Assembly (NCBI GenBank): GCA_965223345.1
Contig: CBDCWG010000012.1
Span: 640,001 to 704,000 of the forward strand
DNA length: 64,000 nt
Origin: Nitrospinales bacterium
GTDB taxonomy: Bacteria > Nitrospinota > Nitrospinia > Nitrospinales > VA-1
Direction of reading: 5' to 3'
In this document: piece by piece, positions 38,806-52,053 of the stretch
Layout: each line of letters begins with the position of its first letter
Position numbering within the stretch: position 1 is the stretch's first letter
The notes under the pieces: generated by a model
Database searches by the model: none
What the model was told of the DNA's origin: nothing
The model's input: the letters and a program-made list of their open reading frames with translations, nothing else
Program-made: the position numbers and the translations under genes

Positions 38806-39265
38806 GGGTCGGGAAGGCTTTCCCCGATGCGCATTGGGGAGGGGTGGCGTTATTTTTTTATTCTGATAGAAAACCGTGATTGAATTCTGCCGTGCGCGTT
38901 CCATTCATTTGCAATCCGCACCCGTTTTGACACCATCGGCGGGAAACCCGCGCGGGGCGTGGGTTTTATCCCCTTACCCAATGTCAAAACGACAAGGTAA
39001 TAAATCTGTAAATCGTTTTATCTAAACGGGGTGAGGGTTTCTTTTTGCAGGTGGCAGCTGAGAAACCGCGCTCATTTGAAGGAGGGATTGTCGAAACAAA
39101 TTGGAGGTGAAAATTACTTGAAAAAAAACTTTTGTTAAGTTTGGACTTATTGAAATATTAAATCGTTTGCTGCTTTTGCGGTTGATTTTGCAAAATCCGT
39201 TTTATATATTACCCGCTACTTTCCCTCCGGCCGGTGTTTATCTTTAACTTTCTTTTTTCCAAACT

Positions 39266-40630
39266 ATGAACTCCAAAGAAATCCTTTGGCAAAAATGTTT
39301 GAAGGAAATCGAAGAACAGATCCTGCCGGAAAACTACACCACCTGGTTTTCTCCCACCTACCCGTACAACATCGGTGAGGACAGCCTCACCATCGTCGTG
39401 CCCAATCAATTTTATAAAAAATGTCTTGAAGAAAATTACCAGGACCTGATCGAGACCACTCTGGAATCGATCCTGAAAAATAAAATGAGCGTGGACTTTC
39501 TCGTGAACAGCGAGAAACAGGCTCCGGTCGAATCCGAAGAAAAAACTGAAGAATCAAATACTTCAGAGCCTTTGATCACAGCGGATGAAAGCCGGGATCG
39601 CAAGATCCGCTCCTCGTTGAATCCGAATTTCGTGTTTTCCAGTTTTGTGGTCGGCTCCAGCAACCAGTTCGCGCACGCCGCCTCGCTGGCGGTGGCGAAC
39701 CACCCGGCGTTGACCTACAATCCTCTGTTCATCTACGGAGCAGTCGGTCTGGGGAAAACCCATTTGCTGCACGCGATCGGCAACACGATTCTGGAAAACG
39801 ATTCGCAAGCCCGGGTCCGCTACATCTCGGCTGAAAATTTCACGGTCGATCTGATCGAATCTCTGAAGAAGGACGACATGCCGTCTTTCAGGAAACGCTA
39901 TCGGCCTCTGGACGTGCTCCTGGTGGACGACATCCAGTTCATCGCCGGCAAGGACCGGACGCAGGAAGAATTTTTCTACACCTTCAACGCCCTGTACGAA
40001 TCGCACAAACAGGTTGTGATATCCAGCGACAAATATCCGAAGGATATTCACAATATGGAAGAACGATTGCGTTCGCGTTTCGAATCCGGGCTGGTGGCGG
40101 ACATCAATCATCCGGACCTGGAAACGAAGGTGGCGATTCTCTACAAAAAAGCGGATTTTCACAAAAAACCGATTCCCCAGGATGTGGCGATCTTCATCGC
40201 CAGCAACATCAAATCGAATATCCGCGAACTGGAGGGGCTGCTGCTTCGAATCATCGCCTACTCCACGTTCACGCACCGCGAGATCAATCTGGAACTCGCC
40301 AAAGAGGTGCTCAAGGAATTCACCTACAATAAGACGAAAAACTTCACCATTCCCACCATCATCAAAACCGTCTCCACCCACTTCAACGTGAAGGTCCCGG
40401 ATCTCAAATCGAGGAAGCGGTCCCGAGACATTTCCGTGCCCCGTCAAATCGCCATGTATCTGTGCCGGGAATACACCAAGGCGTCCCTGCCTGAAATCGG
40501 CAAGCACTTTGGTGGAAAAGACCACACCACGGTCCTGTTCTCCCACAAAAAGATCACCAAAATGGTCAGTGAAAACAATGACATGTCAAAGGCTGTCCAG
40601 GAAGTGGTCCAGAAAATAGAAAGTGAGTAA
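39266..40630 (+). CDS. dnaA: Chromosomal replication initiator
   Basis: YNPLFIYGAVGLGKTHLL, DDIQF, RLRSRF, PRQIAMYL, GGKDHTTV. Confidence 0.99.
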   Translation: MNSKEILWQKCLKEIEEQILPENYTTWFSPTYPYNIGEDSLTIVVPNQFYKKCLEENYQDLIETTLESILKNKMSVDFLVNSEKQAPVESEEKTEESNTSEPLITADESRDRKIRSSLNPNFVFSSFVVGSSNQFAHAASLAVANHPALTYNPLFIYGAVGLGKTHLLHAIGNTILENDSQARVRYISAENFTVDLIESLKKDDMPSFRKRYRPLDVLLVDDIQFIAGKDRTQEEFFYTFNALYESHKQVVISSDKYPKDIHNMEERLRSRFESGLVADINHPDLETKVAILYKKADFHKKPIPQDVAIFIASNIKSNIRELEGLLLRIIAYSTFTHREINLELAKEVLKEFTYNKTKNFTIPTIIKTVSTHFNVKVPDLKSRKRSRDISVPRQIAMYLCREYTKASLPEIGKHFGGKDHTTVLFSHKKITKMVSENNDMSKAVQEVVQKIESE

Positions 40631-43463
<2,833 letters not shown>

Positions 43464-43501
43464 TTTCACACCATCCTTTTTCTCCTCTTTAGGAAAACGC
43501 A

Positions 43502-45919
43502 ATGCCGGAAATCGTTGAGCCGATCAATATAGACGACGAGATGCAGAGCGCGTATCTCGACTACGCGATGAGCGTGATCATCGGCCGTGCGCTTCCGGAC
43601 GTGCGCGACGGGCTCAAACCGGTGCACCGGCGGGTTCTGTATGCGATGCACGAGGCGGGAAACTTTTTCAACCGCCCGTACAAAAAATCTGCCCGCATCG
43701 TCGGGGATGTGCTCGGTAAATACCACCCGCACGGGGAATCGGCGGTCTACGACACGATCGTGCGTCTGGCTCAGGATTTCTCGCAGCGTTACACGATCGT
43801 GGACGGCCAGGGCAATTTCGGCTCGATCGACGGCGACTCCGCTGCGGCAATGCGCTACACGGAAATCCGCATGGCGGAGGTGGCGCAGGAGCTGTTGCGC
43901 GATCTGGAAAAGGACACGGTCCGCTTCGATGCCAACTACGACGATTCGCTGCAGGAACCGGTGGTGCTGCCCGCAAGCTTTCCGCAGCTATTGGTGAACG
44001 GGGCGTCGGGGATCGCCGTCGGTATGGCCACCAACGTGCCGCCGCACAATCTGGGGGAAATCATCGATGCGGTGATCGAGGTGATCGACAATCCGGATAT
44101 TTCCATCGACGAGTTGCTCACCGTCGTTCCCGGTCCGGACTTTCCCACACGCGGCCTCATCTACGGCACTTCGGGAATTCGCGCCGCCTACCGCACCGGC
44201 CGGGGCATCATCAAGGTGCGCGCGCGGGTGGAAGTGGAGGAGATGGAGAAGCAGGATCGCGAGCGCATCGTGATCCAGGAGCTTCCCTATCAGGTCAACA
44301 AAGCGCGTCTGGTGGAAAAGATCGCAGAGCTGGTGCGCGATAAAAAGCTGGAAGGCATCTCGGATCTGCGCGATGAGTCCGACCGCGAGGGCATCCGCGT
44401 GGTTTTGGAACTCAAAAGAGGCACGGTCGCGCAGGTGGTGCTCAACACCCTGTACAAAAACACCCAGCTGCAGGAAACCTTCGGCGTGATCATGCTGGCG
44501 CTGGTCAACCAGCAGCCCAAGGTGCTCAACCTCAAGGACCTGCTCAAGCACTTCATTCTCTTCAGAAAAGAAGTGGTGACGCGCAGGACTCAGTTCGACC
44601 TGAGAAAAGCCCGCGAGAAGGAGCACATCCTCGAAGGACTGAAAATCGCCATCGACAATATGGACGAAGTGGTCCAGCTGATCCGGGAATCGGAAAACCC
44701 GACGGTGGCGCGCGACGGGTTGATGGAGCGGTTCGGTCTTTCGGAAATCCAGTCCAAAGCCATTCTGGACATGCGGCTGCAGCGGCTGACCGGGCTGGAG
44801 CGGCAAAAGATCCTCGACGACCTGGCGGAAGTGAAAAAAGAAATCGCAAGACTGGAAAACATCCTGGCGCACGAGGAAGTGAAACTGGAGATCATCCGCA
44901 CCGAACTGACGGAGATCAAAGAGAAATACGGCGATGAGCGGCGCACCGAGATCGTAGATTCGGAAGACCACTCCATCGACATCGAAGACATGATCGCCGA
45001 TGAAGACACGGTGGTGGTGTACTCGCGCGGCGGTTACATCAAGCGCCAGGGTCTGGACAACTACCGCTCGCAACGGCGCGGCGGCAAGGGCATCAAGGGG
45101 ATGGACCTTCGGGAAGAGGATGTGGTGGAAAAACTGTTCATCGCTTCGACGCTGAGTTCGCTCCTGGTGTTCACCAGCACCGGCAAGGTGCACTGGCTCA
45201 AGGTCTACCAGATTCCGGAGGTCAGCCGGATCGCCAAGGGAAAATCCGTCGCCAACCTGTTGCATCTGCAGGGCGGGGAGAAAATCACCGGCATCCTTTC
45301 GGTGCGCGAGTTCACAGAAGACAAGTTCGTCATGGTGGTCACGGAAAACGGCGTGGTGAAGAAAACCTCGCTGATGGCGTACAGCAAACCGCGGCAGGGA
45401 GGCATCATCGGCCTGACCCTGGACGATGGCGACCGGGTGATCGGCGCCGAATTGTGCGAGGGCGAGCAGGAACTGCTGCTGGCGACGCACCAGGGATTTT
45501 CCATCCGCTTCAACCAGGGCGATATCCGGCCGATCGGCCGCACCGGGCGCGGGGTTCGCGGAATCCGTCTCAAGGAAGGGGACCGGGTCGTGGGCGCGGA
45601 AGTCGTCGAACCCGGCAACATGCTGCTCACGGTCACCGAAAACGGGTACGGCAAGCGCACCCGCCTGGAAGAATATCCTCTGCAGAACCGGGGCGGATTC
45701 GGTGTGGTCACCATTCGCTGCAATGAAAAAATCGGGCCGGTCACGGGAATCCAGCAGGTGACCGACAACGAAGAGCTCTTGATCATCACCTCCGACGGCA
45801 ACATCGTTCGCATGAAGGTGAACGAGATATCGGTGATCGGCAGAAACACCCAGGGAGTCCGGCTGGTGGGCATGGGGCCGGACAACCGGGTCGTCAGCGT
45901 CGAAAAGCTGGTTGAGTGA
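43502..45919 (+). CDS. gyrA: DNA gyrase subunit A
   Basis: [24 protein letters not shown], GyrA box QRRGGKG. Confidence 0.99.
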   Translation: MPEIVEPINIDDEMQSAYLDYAMSVIIGRALPDVRDGLKPVHRRVLYAMHEAGNFFNRPYKKSARIVGDVLGKYHPHGESAVYDTIVRLAQDFSQRYTIVDGQGNFGSIDGDSAAAMRYTEIRMAEVAQELLRDLEKDTVRFDANYDDSLQEPVVLPASFPQLLVNGASGIAVGMATNVPPHNLGEIIDAVIEVIDNPDISIDELLTVVPGPDFPTRGLIYGTSGIRAAYRTGRGIIKVRARVEVEEMEKQDRERIVIQELPYQVNKARLVEKIAELVRDKKLEGISDLRDESDREGIRVVLELKRGTVAQVVLNTLYKNTQLQETFGVIMLALVNQQPKVLNLKDLLKHFILFRKEVVTRRTQFDLRKAREKEHILEGLKIAIDNMDEVVQLIRESENPTVARDGLMERFGLSEIQSKAILDMRLQRLTGLERQKILDDLAEVKKEIARLENILAHEEVKLEIIRTELTEIKEKYGDERRTEIVDSEDHSIDIEDMIADEDTVVVYSRGGYIKRQGLDNYRSQRRGGKGIKGMDLREEDVVEKLFIASTLSSLLVFTSTGKVHWLKVYQIPEVSRIAKGKSVANLLHLQGGEKITGILSVREFTEDKFVMVVTENGVVKKTSLMAYSKPRQGGIIGLTLDDGDRVIGAELCEGEQELLLATHQGFSIRFNQGDIRPIGRTGRGVRGIRLKEGDRVVGAEVVEPGNMLLTVTENGYGKRTRLEEYPLQNRGGFGVVTIRCNEKIGPVTGIQQVTDNEELLIITSDGNIVRMKVNEISVIGRNTQGVRLVGMGPDNRVVSVEKLVE

Positions 45920-46856
45920 TCCGCGGCGATTCATGAACACACCGGGCGGACACAGTGAAGTGCAGCCGATCAGGCCTGCCGGTTTCCCATTCGCTTGTGC
46001 GCGTCTCATCTCCCGCTTTGCCTCCCGTTTGATTTCGCGTTTTCCCTCCTTCCGGAAACTTTCCCTTCCCGGCATCGTTTTATTGTGGTGCTGTTTGTGT
46101 CTCACCGGCTGCGGCCCGGGTTCGGGCGATCCTCTGATTCAAAAGGCCAACGACGCGTGGGTCCAGGGCGCCAACCACCGGGCTGTGGAATTGTTCAAGG
46201 CGGTGCTGAAAAAAAATCCTTCCGGCCCCTCGGCGGAGGAGGCGCTTTTTAGGCTCGGGGAAATCCACCATTTCAGTCTGGGAAACAGCGCGCAGGCGAT
46301 CTTGTATTTTCAGGAAGTGCTGCAGCTCAACCGGCGCGGCGCTTTCAGTCCCGATGCGCAGAAATACATCGCCGAGATCGTCGAGTTCACGTTCAAGGAT
46401 TTCGAGCAGGCCATCATCGAGTATCAGAATCTGATCAACATGTCGCAAAGCTCGGAAGAGCGCAGCCACTACCAGTACCGCATCGCCTCGATTTACTTTA
46501 AGATGCAGAATTTCGACCAGGCGCTGGCGGAATGGGAAGTGCTTTTGAGCGAGTACCCGGGTTCGAAATGGGCGGAAGAGTCCGAATTCAAGGTGGTGGA
46601 GATTTTATACACGCTGCAGCGGTGCTCGGAGGCGCGGTCCTTCTACGATCATTTCATGGAAACCTTTCCCGAAAGCAAATTCAAAGACGAGATGGAATTC
46701 GTGATGGCCAGCTGCCTGGAGGAGGAGGGCAAGCTGAACGAGGCGCTGAAAAAATTCAAGGATCTGGAAGAACATTATATTTATCCTGCGATTTTGAAAA
46801 CCAAAATGGAGGGGCTCGAAAAAAGGATAAAGAAGAAAAAGTCCAGGAGGAAGTAA
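45912..46856 (+). CDS. TPR-repeat lipoprotein (BamD/CpoB-like)
   Basis: LTGC lipobox, several TPR-like repeats (EEALFRLGEI, YPGSKWAEES); true start probably downstream of 45912. Confidence 0.78.
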   Translation: MSDPRRFMNTPGGHSEVQPIRPAGFPFACARLISRFASRLISRFPSFRKLSLPGIVLLWCCLCLTGCGPGSGDPLIQKANDAWVQGANHRAVELFKAVLKKNPSGPSAEEALFRLGEIHHFSLGNSAQAILYFQEVLQLNRRGAFSPDAQKYIAEIVEFTFKDFEQAIIEYQNLINMSQSSEERSHYQYRIASIYFKMQNFDQALAEWEVLLSEYPGSKWAEESEFKVVEILYTLQRCSEARSFYDHFMETFPESKFKDEMEFVMASCLEEEGKLNEALKKFKDLEEHYIYPAILKTKMEGLEKRIKKKKSRRK

Positions 46857-48139
46857 TGCTGGATATCAAACAAATCCGCGAAAACCTGGATGAAATCCGA
46901 TCCCACCTCGACCGGCGCGGGCCCGGAACCGCAGCGAATCTGGAACGCCTCATGGAGGTGGAAAAAGCGCGGCGCCAGTGCCTCAACGAAACCGAAACGC
47001 TCAAAAATAAAAAAAAGAAACTCTCCCAGGAAGTGGGGCGGCTGAAGCAAAAAGGGGAGGACGCGGAAGGACCGATGGAGGAAGTCCGGTCTTTGAACGT
47101 GTCGATCAAGGAGCTGGACGACTCGGTCCGCGATCTGGAGGCCTCGATCGAACAGACGCTGCTCGCCATTCCCAACCTGCCCGATGCCTCCATTCCCGAC
47201 GGCGCCGACGAATCCGCAAACCGCGAGGAACGGGTGATCGGGAAGAAACCAGATTTCGATTTTTCTCCCAAGAACCACGTGGCTTTGGGAGAAGCGCTCG
47301 GAGTGCTCGATTTCAAGCGGGCGGCGAAGATTTCCGGGGCGCGGTTCACGGTGTTCAAAGGGGCGGGCGCGCAACTGCTGCGCGGTCTCATCCAGTTCAT
47401 GATGGATGTGCAGACCCGGGAAAACGGCTATCTGGAATTGTATCCGCCGTTTCTGGTGAACGCAGACAGCCTGGTGGGCACGGGGCAGCTGCCGAAGTTT
47501 GCAGAAGATCTGTTCCGCATGCAGGACGACCCGTATTACCTCATCCCCACGGCGGAGGTGCCGGTCACCAACTACCACCGCGAGGAAGTGCTGGCCGGTG
47601 AGGATCTTCCACTCAAATATGCCGCCTACACGCCCTGTTTCCGCAGGGAGGCGGGTTCCTACGGCAAAGACACCCAGGGACTGATCCGGCAGCACCAGTT
47701 CGACAAGGTCGAGCTGGTGAAGTTCGTGGAGCCGCAACATTCCGAGGCGGAGCTGGAATCGTTGGTGGGAGACGCCGAATCCATTTTACAAAAACTGGGG
47801 CTGGCTTACCGGGTGGTGGTGTTGTGCACGGGTGATCTGGGCTTTTCGGCCGCCAAAACCTACGATCTGGAAGTGTGGGTCCCCAGCCAGAATGCGTATC
47901 GGGAGATCTCCTCCTGCAGCAATTTCACCGACTACCAGGCGCGGCGGGCCCGGATCCGCTTCAAGAAAAAAGGCGGCAAGCCCGAGCTGGTGCACACGTT
48001 GAACGGCTCGGGGCTGGCGGCGGGCCGGCTTTTTGTGGCGGTTCTGGAGAATTTTCAACAGGCCGACGGGTCGATCGTCGTCCCCGAGGCGCTGCGGCCC
48101 TATCTGCACGGAAAAGAGCGCCTCGGCCCCGGAGATTGA
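46856..48139 (+). CDS. serS: Serine--tRNA ligase
   Basis: MLDIKQIR, GTGQLPKF, LIPTAEVP, FRREAG, REISSCSN, HTLNGSG. Confidence 0.98.
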   Translation: MLDIKQIRENLDEIRSHLDRRGPGTAANLERLMEVEKARRQCLNETETLKNKKKKLSQEVGRLKQKGEDAEGPMEEVRSLNVSIKELDDSVRDLEASIEQTLLAIPNLPDASIPDGADESANREERVIGKKPDFDFSPKNHVALGEALGVLDFKRAAKISGARFTVFKGAGAQLLRGLIQFMMDVQTRENGYLELYPPFLVNADSLVGTGQLPKFAEDLFRMQDDPYYLIPTAEVPVTNYHREEVLAGEDLPLKYAAYTPCFRREAGSYGKDTQGLIRQHQFDKVELVKFVEPQHSEAELESLVGDAESILQKLGLAYRVVVLCTGDLGFSAAKTYDLEVWVPSQNAYREISSCSNFTDYQARRARIRFKKKGGKPELVHTLNGSGLAAGRLFVAVLENFQQADGSIVVPEALRPYLHGKERLGPGD

Positions 48140-48245
48140 CCGCTCTCGGCCGGGCTTTCCGCCTCCCCCGCATCCCGGTTTTATCGACGCCACACAGCGC
48201 GCTTGACATTTATTATGAAGTGGATAACTATTAGACTACGATTCA

Positions 48246-48331
48246 GGAGGGATGGCCGAGTGGTTTAAGGCGGCGGTCTTGAAAACCGTTGAACGAAAGT
48301 TCCGTGGGTTCGAATCCTACTCCCTCCGCCA
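48246..48331 (+). tRNA. tRNA-Ser(TGA)
   Basis: GGAGGGA acceptor, GCGGT-CTTGAAA-ACCGT anticodon arm, long variable arm, TTCGAAT, GCCA end. Confidence 0.95.
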
Positions 48332-48420
48332 TTCCCATGCGGAGGGAGCTCCTTTTTTATTGTGAACCCTTTCCAAAGGACAATTTCTCTAAATTGTTCA
48401 GTGGTAATGGCTTACAGTCC

Positions 48421-48512
<92 letters not shown>

Positions 48513-48553
48513 GGTTTTTGCCCCAGGCAGGGTTTTGGGGAGTTTGTCATTTT

Positions 48554-49201
48554 ATGAATGGTGATGCGATGCGATTGAATGCGATGGAGACACGCCGACC
48601 CTTCGGGATGCTCTGCGGTTTTGCGGCGATGGGTTTTTTTCTGCTCGTTTCCGGTTGTACCGGAAATCCGGACCAATCGCCTGTCGAGGCGAAGGTCGAT
48701 ACCGAGGCGAGCGCAAAGTTCGAAGGTTCGCAATCGAAAGGAATGCAGGCCGGCTCGGGGCCGGTGTTTGCGGAAGGTTCGGGCAGCAAGGAAGCGGTTG
48801 CGCATCCGGATCTGGACGCAGCGGAAAAAGTGAGTCGGCTGGTTGTGGTGCCGCAGGTGGTGCAGGGAAAATGGAAAGCCGTCAAGCTCCTCATCAAGGA
48901 CAAAACCGATGAGGAAAACACCACGATGAAAACGGTGCCGCTGGGAGAGAGTTTCACACTGGGAGACTCGGGGCTCAAGGTTTCGGTGGGACCCTTTTTC
49001 CCGAATTTCGTCATGGGGAAAGACACCTACACGTCCATGAACAACAAGCTGATCAACCCGGCAGTGCAACTGATCGTTGAAGAAAAAGGAAAAATCGTAT
49101 ACAAGGGGTGGGCTTTTTCCCGTTATCCCACGATGTACGCATTCGAGCACGACGTGTACGCTTTGGAACTCAAGGACTTCATCCCGACTGAGGTGTCCTG
49201 A
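48554..49201 (+). CDS. DUF2155-like lipoprotein
   Basis: LVSGC lipobox; C-terminal [19 protein letters not shown]; start uncertain. Confidence 0.7.
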   Translation: MNGDAMRLNAMETRRPFGMLCGFAAMGFFLLVSGCTGNPDQSPVEAKVDTEASAKFEGSQSKGMQAGSGPVFAEGSGSKEAVAHPDLDAAEKVSRLVVVPQVVQGKWKAVKLLIKDKTDEENTTMKTVPLGESFTLGDSGLKVSVGPFFPNFVMGKDTYTSMNNKLINPAVQLIVEEKGKIVYKGWAFSRYPTMYAFEHDVYALELKDFIPTEVS

Positions 49202-49271
49202 ACCCGGTGGGAAAATGCGTCGCCTCATGTTGCGGCGGGTGAGCGAACACGTTAAAAAAATTTGATATCAG

Positions 49272-49345
49272 GCGCCCATAGCTCAGCTGGATAGAGCGAC
49301 GGTTTGCGGAACCGTAGGTCGGAGGTTCGAGTCCTCTTGGGCGTA
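49272..49345 (+). tRNA. tRNA-Arg(GCG)
   Basis: GCGCCCA/TGGGCGT acceptor, AGCTGGATAGAG D-loop, ACGGT-TTGCGGA-ACCGT anticodon arm; no encoded CCA. Confidence 0.92.
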
Positions 49346-49403
49346 TTTCTTTTTACCCGGAACGGTTTTTGAGAAGCCTTGCAAAGCCGGGATTTTTCGA
49401 CGA

Positions 49404-49490
49404 GGAGAGGTGGCCGAGAGGTCGAAGGCGATTGACTCGAAATCAATTGTTCCCTCACGGGAACCGGGGGTTCGAATCCCTCCCTCTCCG
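49404..49490 (+). tRNA. tRNA-Ser(CGA)
   Basis: ATTGA-CTCGAAA-TCAAT anticodon arm, long variable arm; no encoded CCA. Confidence 0.93.
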
Positions 49491-49663
49491 CTCTTCGCCA
49501 GAGGGCTTCATTCCCCGACGGCGGTTTCGATTCGAACGGCAAAGACGAAGGATTGCCATCGGCGGGCGATGGATTTAAAATCTGGAGAGGTGACCGGGTC
49601 ATTTCAGGAGCGCTCTTGAAAAGAGTGCGGGTGCAACCCCCTCCTCCACTCAAAATAAAATTT

Positions 49664-49751
49664 GGAGAGGTGGCCGAGCGGCTGAAGGCGCACGCTTGGA
49701 AAGCGTGTGTAGGCTAAACCCCTACCGAGGGTTCGAATCCCTCCCTCTCCG
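49664..49751 (+). tRNA. tRNA-Ser(GGA)
   Basis: CACGC-TTGGAAA-GCGTG anticodon arm, long variable arm; no encoded CCA. Confidence 0.94.
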
Positions 49752-49769
49752 TGGAAACTGTAACGGATT

Positions 49770-49880
49770 GGCAGTTTTGTTGGGCCTCACGCAACCTGGC
49801 TTTGTGAACCCCGTCAGGTCCGGAAGGAAGCAGCGGTAGCAAATCACCTGGTGTGCTGTGAGTTCCCCAACAATTCTGCC
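49770..49880 (+). ncRNA. ffs: SRP 4.5S RNA
   Basis: GTCAGGTCCGGAAGGAAGCAGC domain-IV core, closing GGCAG/CTGCC stem; upstream of dnaX. Confidence 0.93.
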
Positions 49881-49929
49881 TTAGTAAAACATTCCCACCT
49901 TTTGTTTTCCCGCGTTTCAGGCAGGTCCT

Positions 49930-51576
49930 ATGGAATTCAAGGTCTCAGCGCGAAAATGGCGGCCGCAAAAATTCGGCGAGCTGATCGGACAGGAGCACAT
50001 CGTCCGGACCTTGAAGAACGCGCTGGAGATGGACCGCATTTCCCACGCGTATCTGTTTTCCGGCACCCGCGGCGTGGGAAAAACCACCACGGCCCGCATC
50101 CTGGCGAAGGCCTTGAACTGCACCGCGCCCGAGAAGCACGAACCCTGCGATAACTGTGAAGCCTGTGTCGAGATCCGCGAAGGATCGAGCATCGATGTGC
50201 GCGAGATCGACGGCGCGTCCAACAACGGTGTGGCCGAGGTGCGGGACCTCATCGAAAACGTTCAGTACGCCACCTCTTCGCTGAAGCACAAGGTCTACAT
50301 CATCGACGAAGTGCACATGCTCTCGAAAAGCGCGTTCAACGCTTTGCTGAAGACGCTGGAAGAGCCGCCCGAGCGCGTGGTGTTCATCTTCGCCACCACC
50401 GAGCTGATCAAGATTCCCGAGACCATCCTTTCGCGCTGTCAGTGCTTCGAATTCAAACCGCTGTCGCACAAGCAGATCATTCAGCAACTGGAGCTGATCT
50501 GCAAGCAGGAGGGCATCGGCATCGAGGCGGTGAGTCTGGAAGCGATTTCCAAAAACGGTTCGGGAAGCATGCGCGATGCGCAGAGCCTGCTGGACCAGGT
50601 CATCGCCTTCAGCGGGCAGGAGATCTCCGTGGATTCGGTGGAGGCGGTGCTCGGGATCGTCGGCAAGGAAGCGATGCAGTCGTTTGTGGACCGGGTGATC
50701 GCACAGGACGCCGCGGCGCTCATCGCGCAGATTCAGGAAATTGTCCATTCGGGCAAAGACCTGCATTATTTCTGCCGCGATCTGACGGAATACTTCCGCA
50801 ACCTGATGCTGGTGCGCATCGCGAAGAATCCGGAAACCGTTCTCGACCCGCACACCGTGCAACTCGACGTCCTCAAGAAACAGGCGGAGGCGTTCGATCC
50901 GGATACGCTGCAGCAGATGTTCGCGGTCCTGCACCGGGCGGAGGAAACCATGCGGCGCAGCGCCCAGGCGCGCTGGGTGTTCGAGATGGCGGTGCTGCGT
51001 CTGCTGGACGCGCGGCCGTACCGTAACATCGATGCGTTGATCGATAAGATAGACCGCGCGCAGCCGGACAGTCCCGTGCAAAAGCAAAACCCCGGCAACG
51101 GCAACCGCGCGCCGGAGCCGCTCTCCCAGCCGGTTGCGGGCGCCCCGGCGCCGGTGCAGCGGGAAAGCGGCGGACAGGCCGACGATTCCCAGGGTGTTTC
51201 CTGGGGGCGGCTGCAGGAAGAAATCATCCGCAAAAAAAAGTTTTTCGGGCACTATCTCGAACTGTGCCGCCTGCTTTCGGTGGATGCGGCTTCGCTTTGC
51301 ATCGGGGTGTCCGACCGCATCACGAAAGACATCATGGAGCAGGGGGACAATCTCAAGATCCTCAAGGATGCGGCGCAGACGGTGAGCGGCCGCAAGATGG
51401 AGGTGACCTTGAAATTGATCTCCGGCGACGCTCCCCGGCAGGAAGGATGGCAATCGGATTCCGGCGGGGAAAAAAAAAATTCTTATGAGCCCCGCAATGA
51501 AAACTGGGGCGAGAAATCGGAATCCGAAATCATTCAGGAAGCGATGGATATATTCGGAGGCGTCGTCGTTCGCTGA
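49930..51576 (+). CDS. dnaX: DNA polymerase III subunit gamma/tau
   Basis: ARKWRPQ, GTRGVGKTT, EIDGASN, IDEVHMLS, NALLKTLEEPP, SRC. Confidence 0.98.
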   Translation: MEFKVSARKWRPQKFGELIGQEHIVRTLKNALEMDRISHAYLFSGTRGVGKTTTARILAKALNCTAPEKHEPCDNCEACVEIREGSSIDVREIDGASNNGVAEVRDLIENVQYATSSLKHKVYIIDEVHMLSKSAFNALLKTLEEPPERVVFIFATTELIKIPETILSRCQCFEFKPLSHKQIIQQLELICKQEGIGIEAVSLEAISKNGSGSMRDAQSLLDQVIAFSGQEISVDSVEAVLGIVGKEAMQSFVDRVIAQDAAALIAQIQEIVHSGKDLHYFCRDLTEYFRNLMLVRIAKNPETVLDPHTVQLDVLKKQAEAFDPDTLQQMFAVLHRAEETMRRSAQARWVFEMAVLRLLDARPYRNIDALIDKIDRAQPDSPVQKQNPGNGNRAPEPLSQPVAGAPAPVQRESGGQADDSQGVSWGRLQEEIIRKKKFFGHYLELCRLLSVDAASLCIGVSDRITKDIMEQGDNLKILKDAAQTVSGRKMEVTLKLISGDAPRQEGWQSDSGGEKKNSYEPRNENWGEKSESEIIQEAMDIFGGVVVR

Positions 51577-51615
51577 TTGACAGAGCGAACCCCAAGGCCG
51601 CCGGGATTGGAAGCG

Positions 51616-51939
51616 ATGGATACGAACTGGATGTCCCTGTTCAAACAGGCGAAGGAACTGCAATCGAAGATTGCGGATATTCAGGAACAACTGGCGGGAA
51701 AAACCGTGGAGGTGTCCACCGGCGGCGGCATGGTACAGATCAAGGCCAACGGGCTCAACCAGATCCTTTCCATCCGCATCGATGAGGAACTCATCAATAT
51801 GCAGGATCGGGAAGTGCTCGAAGATCTGATCGTGGCCGCCACCAATGAGGTGCAGAAAAAAGTCAAGGAACTGGCGCAAGAGGAAACGTCCCGGCTCACC
51901 GGCGGTTTGAAAATTCCGGGGCTGTTTCCGGGCACGTGA
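51616..51939 (+). CDS. ybaB: Nucleoid-associated protein YbaB/EbfC
   Basis: KQAKELQ, GGGMV, DREVLEDLIVAA; between dnaX and recR. Confidence 0.93.
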   Translation: MDTNWMSLFKQAKELQSKIADIQEQLAGKTVEVSTGGGMVQIKANGLNQILSIRIDEELINMQDREVLEDLIVAATNEVQKKVKELAQEETSRLTGGLKIPGLFPGT

Positions 51940-52053
51940 TTCAAGCAGGCGCGTGACTTGAAAAATCCGTATCGGGCGTTCTCGTCTCGATTCTTTGTGC
52001 GAAGGGAATTCTTTAGCCGGCGGGACTCCATCGTGTCCTCAAACTGAGTTTTT

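Noticed and set aside
38880..39000. Known riboswitch (e.g. c-di-GMP-I) in the phage operon leader
   Set aside because: I could not match conserved aptamer motifs; kept only as a generic structured leader.
46000..46050. RLISRFASRLISRFPS peptide repeat at the start of the TPR lipoprotein
   Set aside because: Only two short imperfect copies, in a region that may be upstream of the real start codon.
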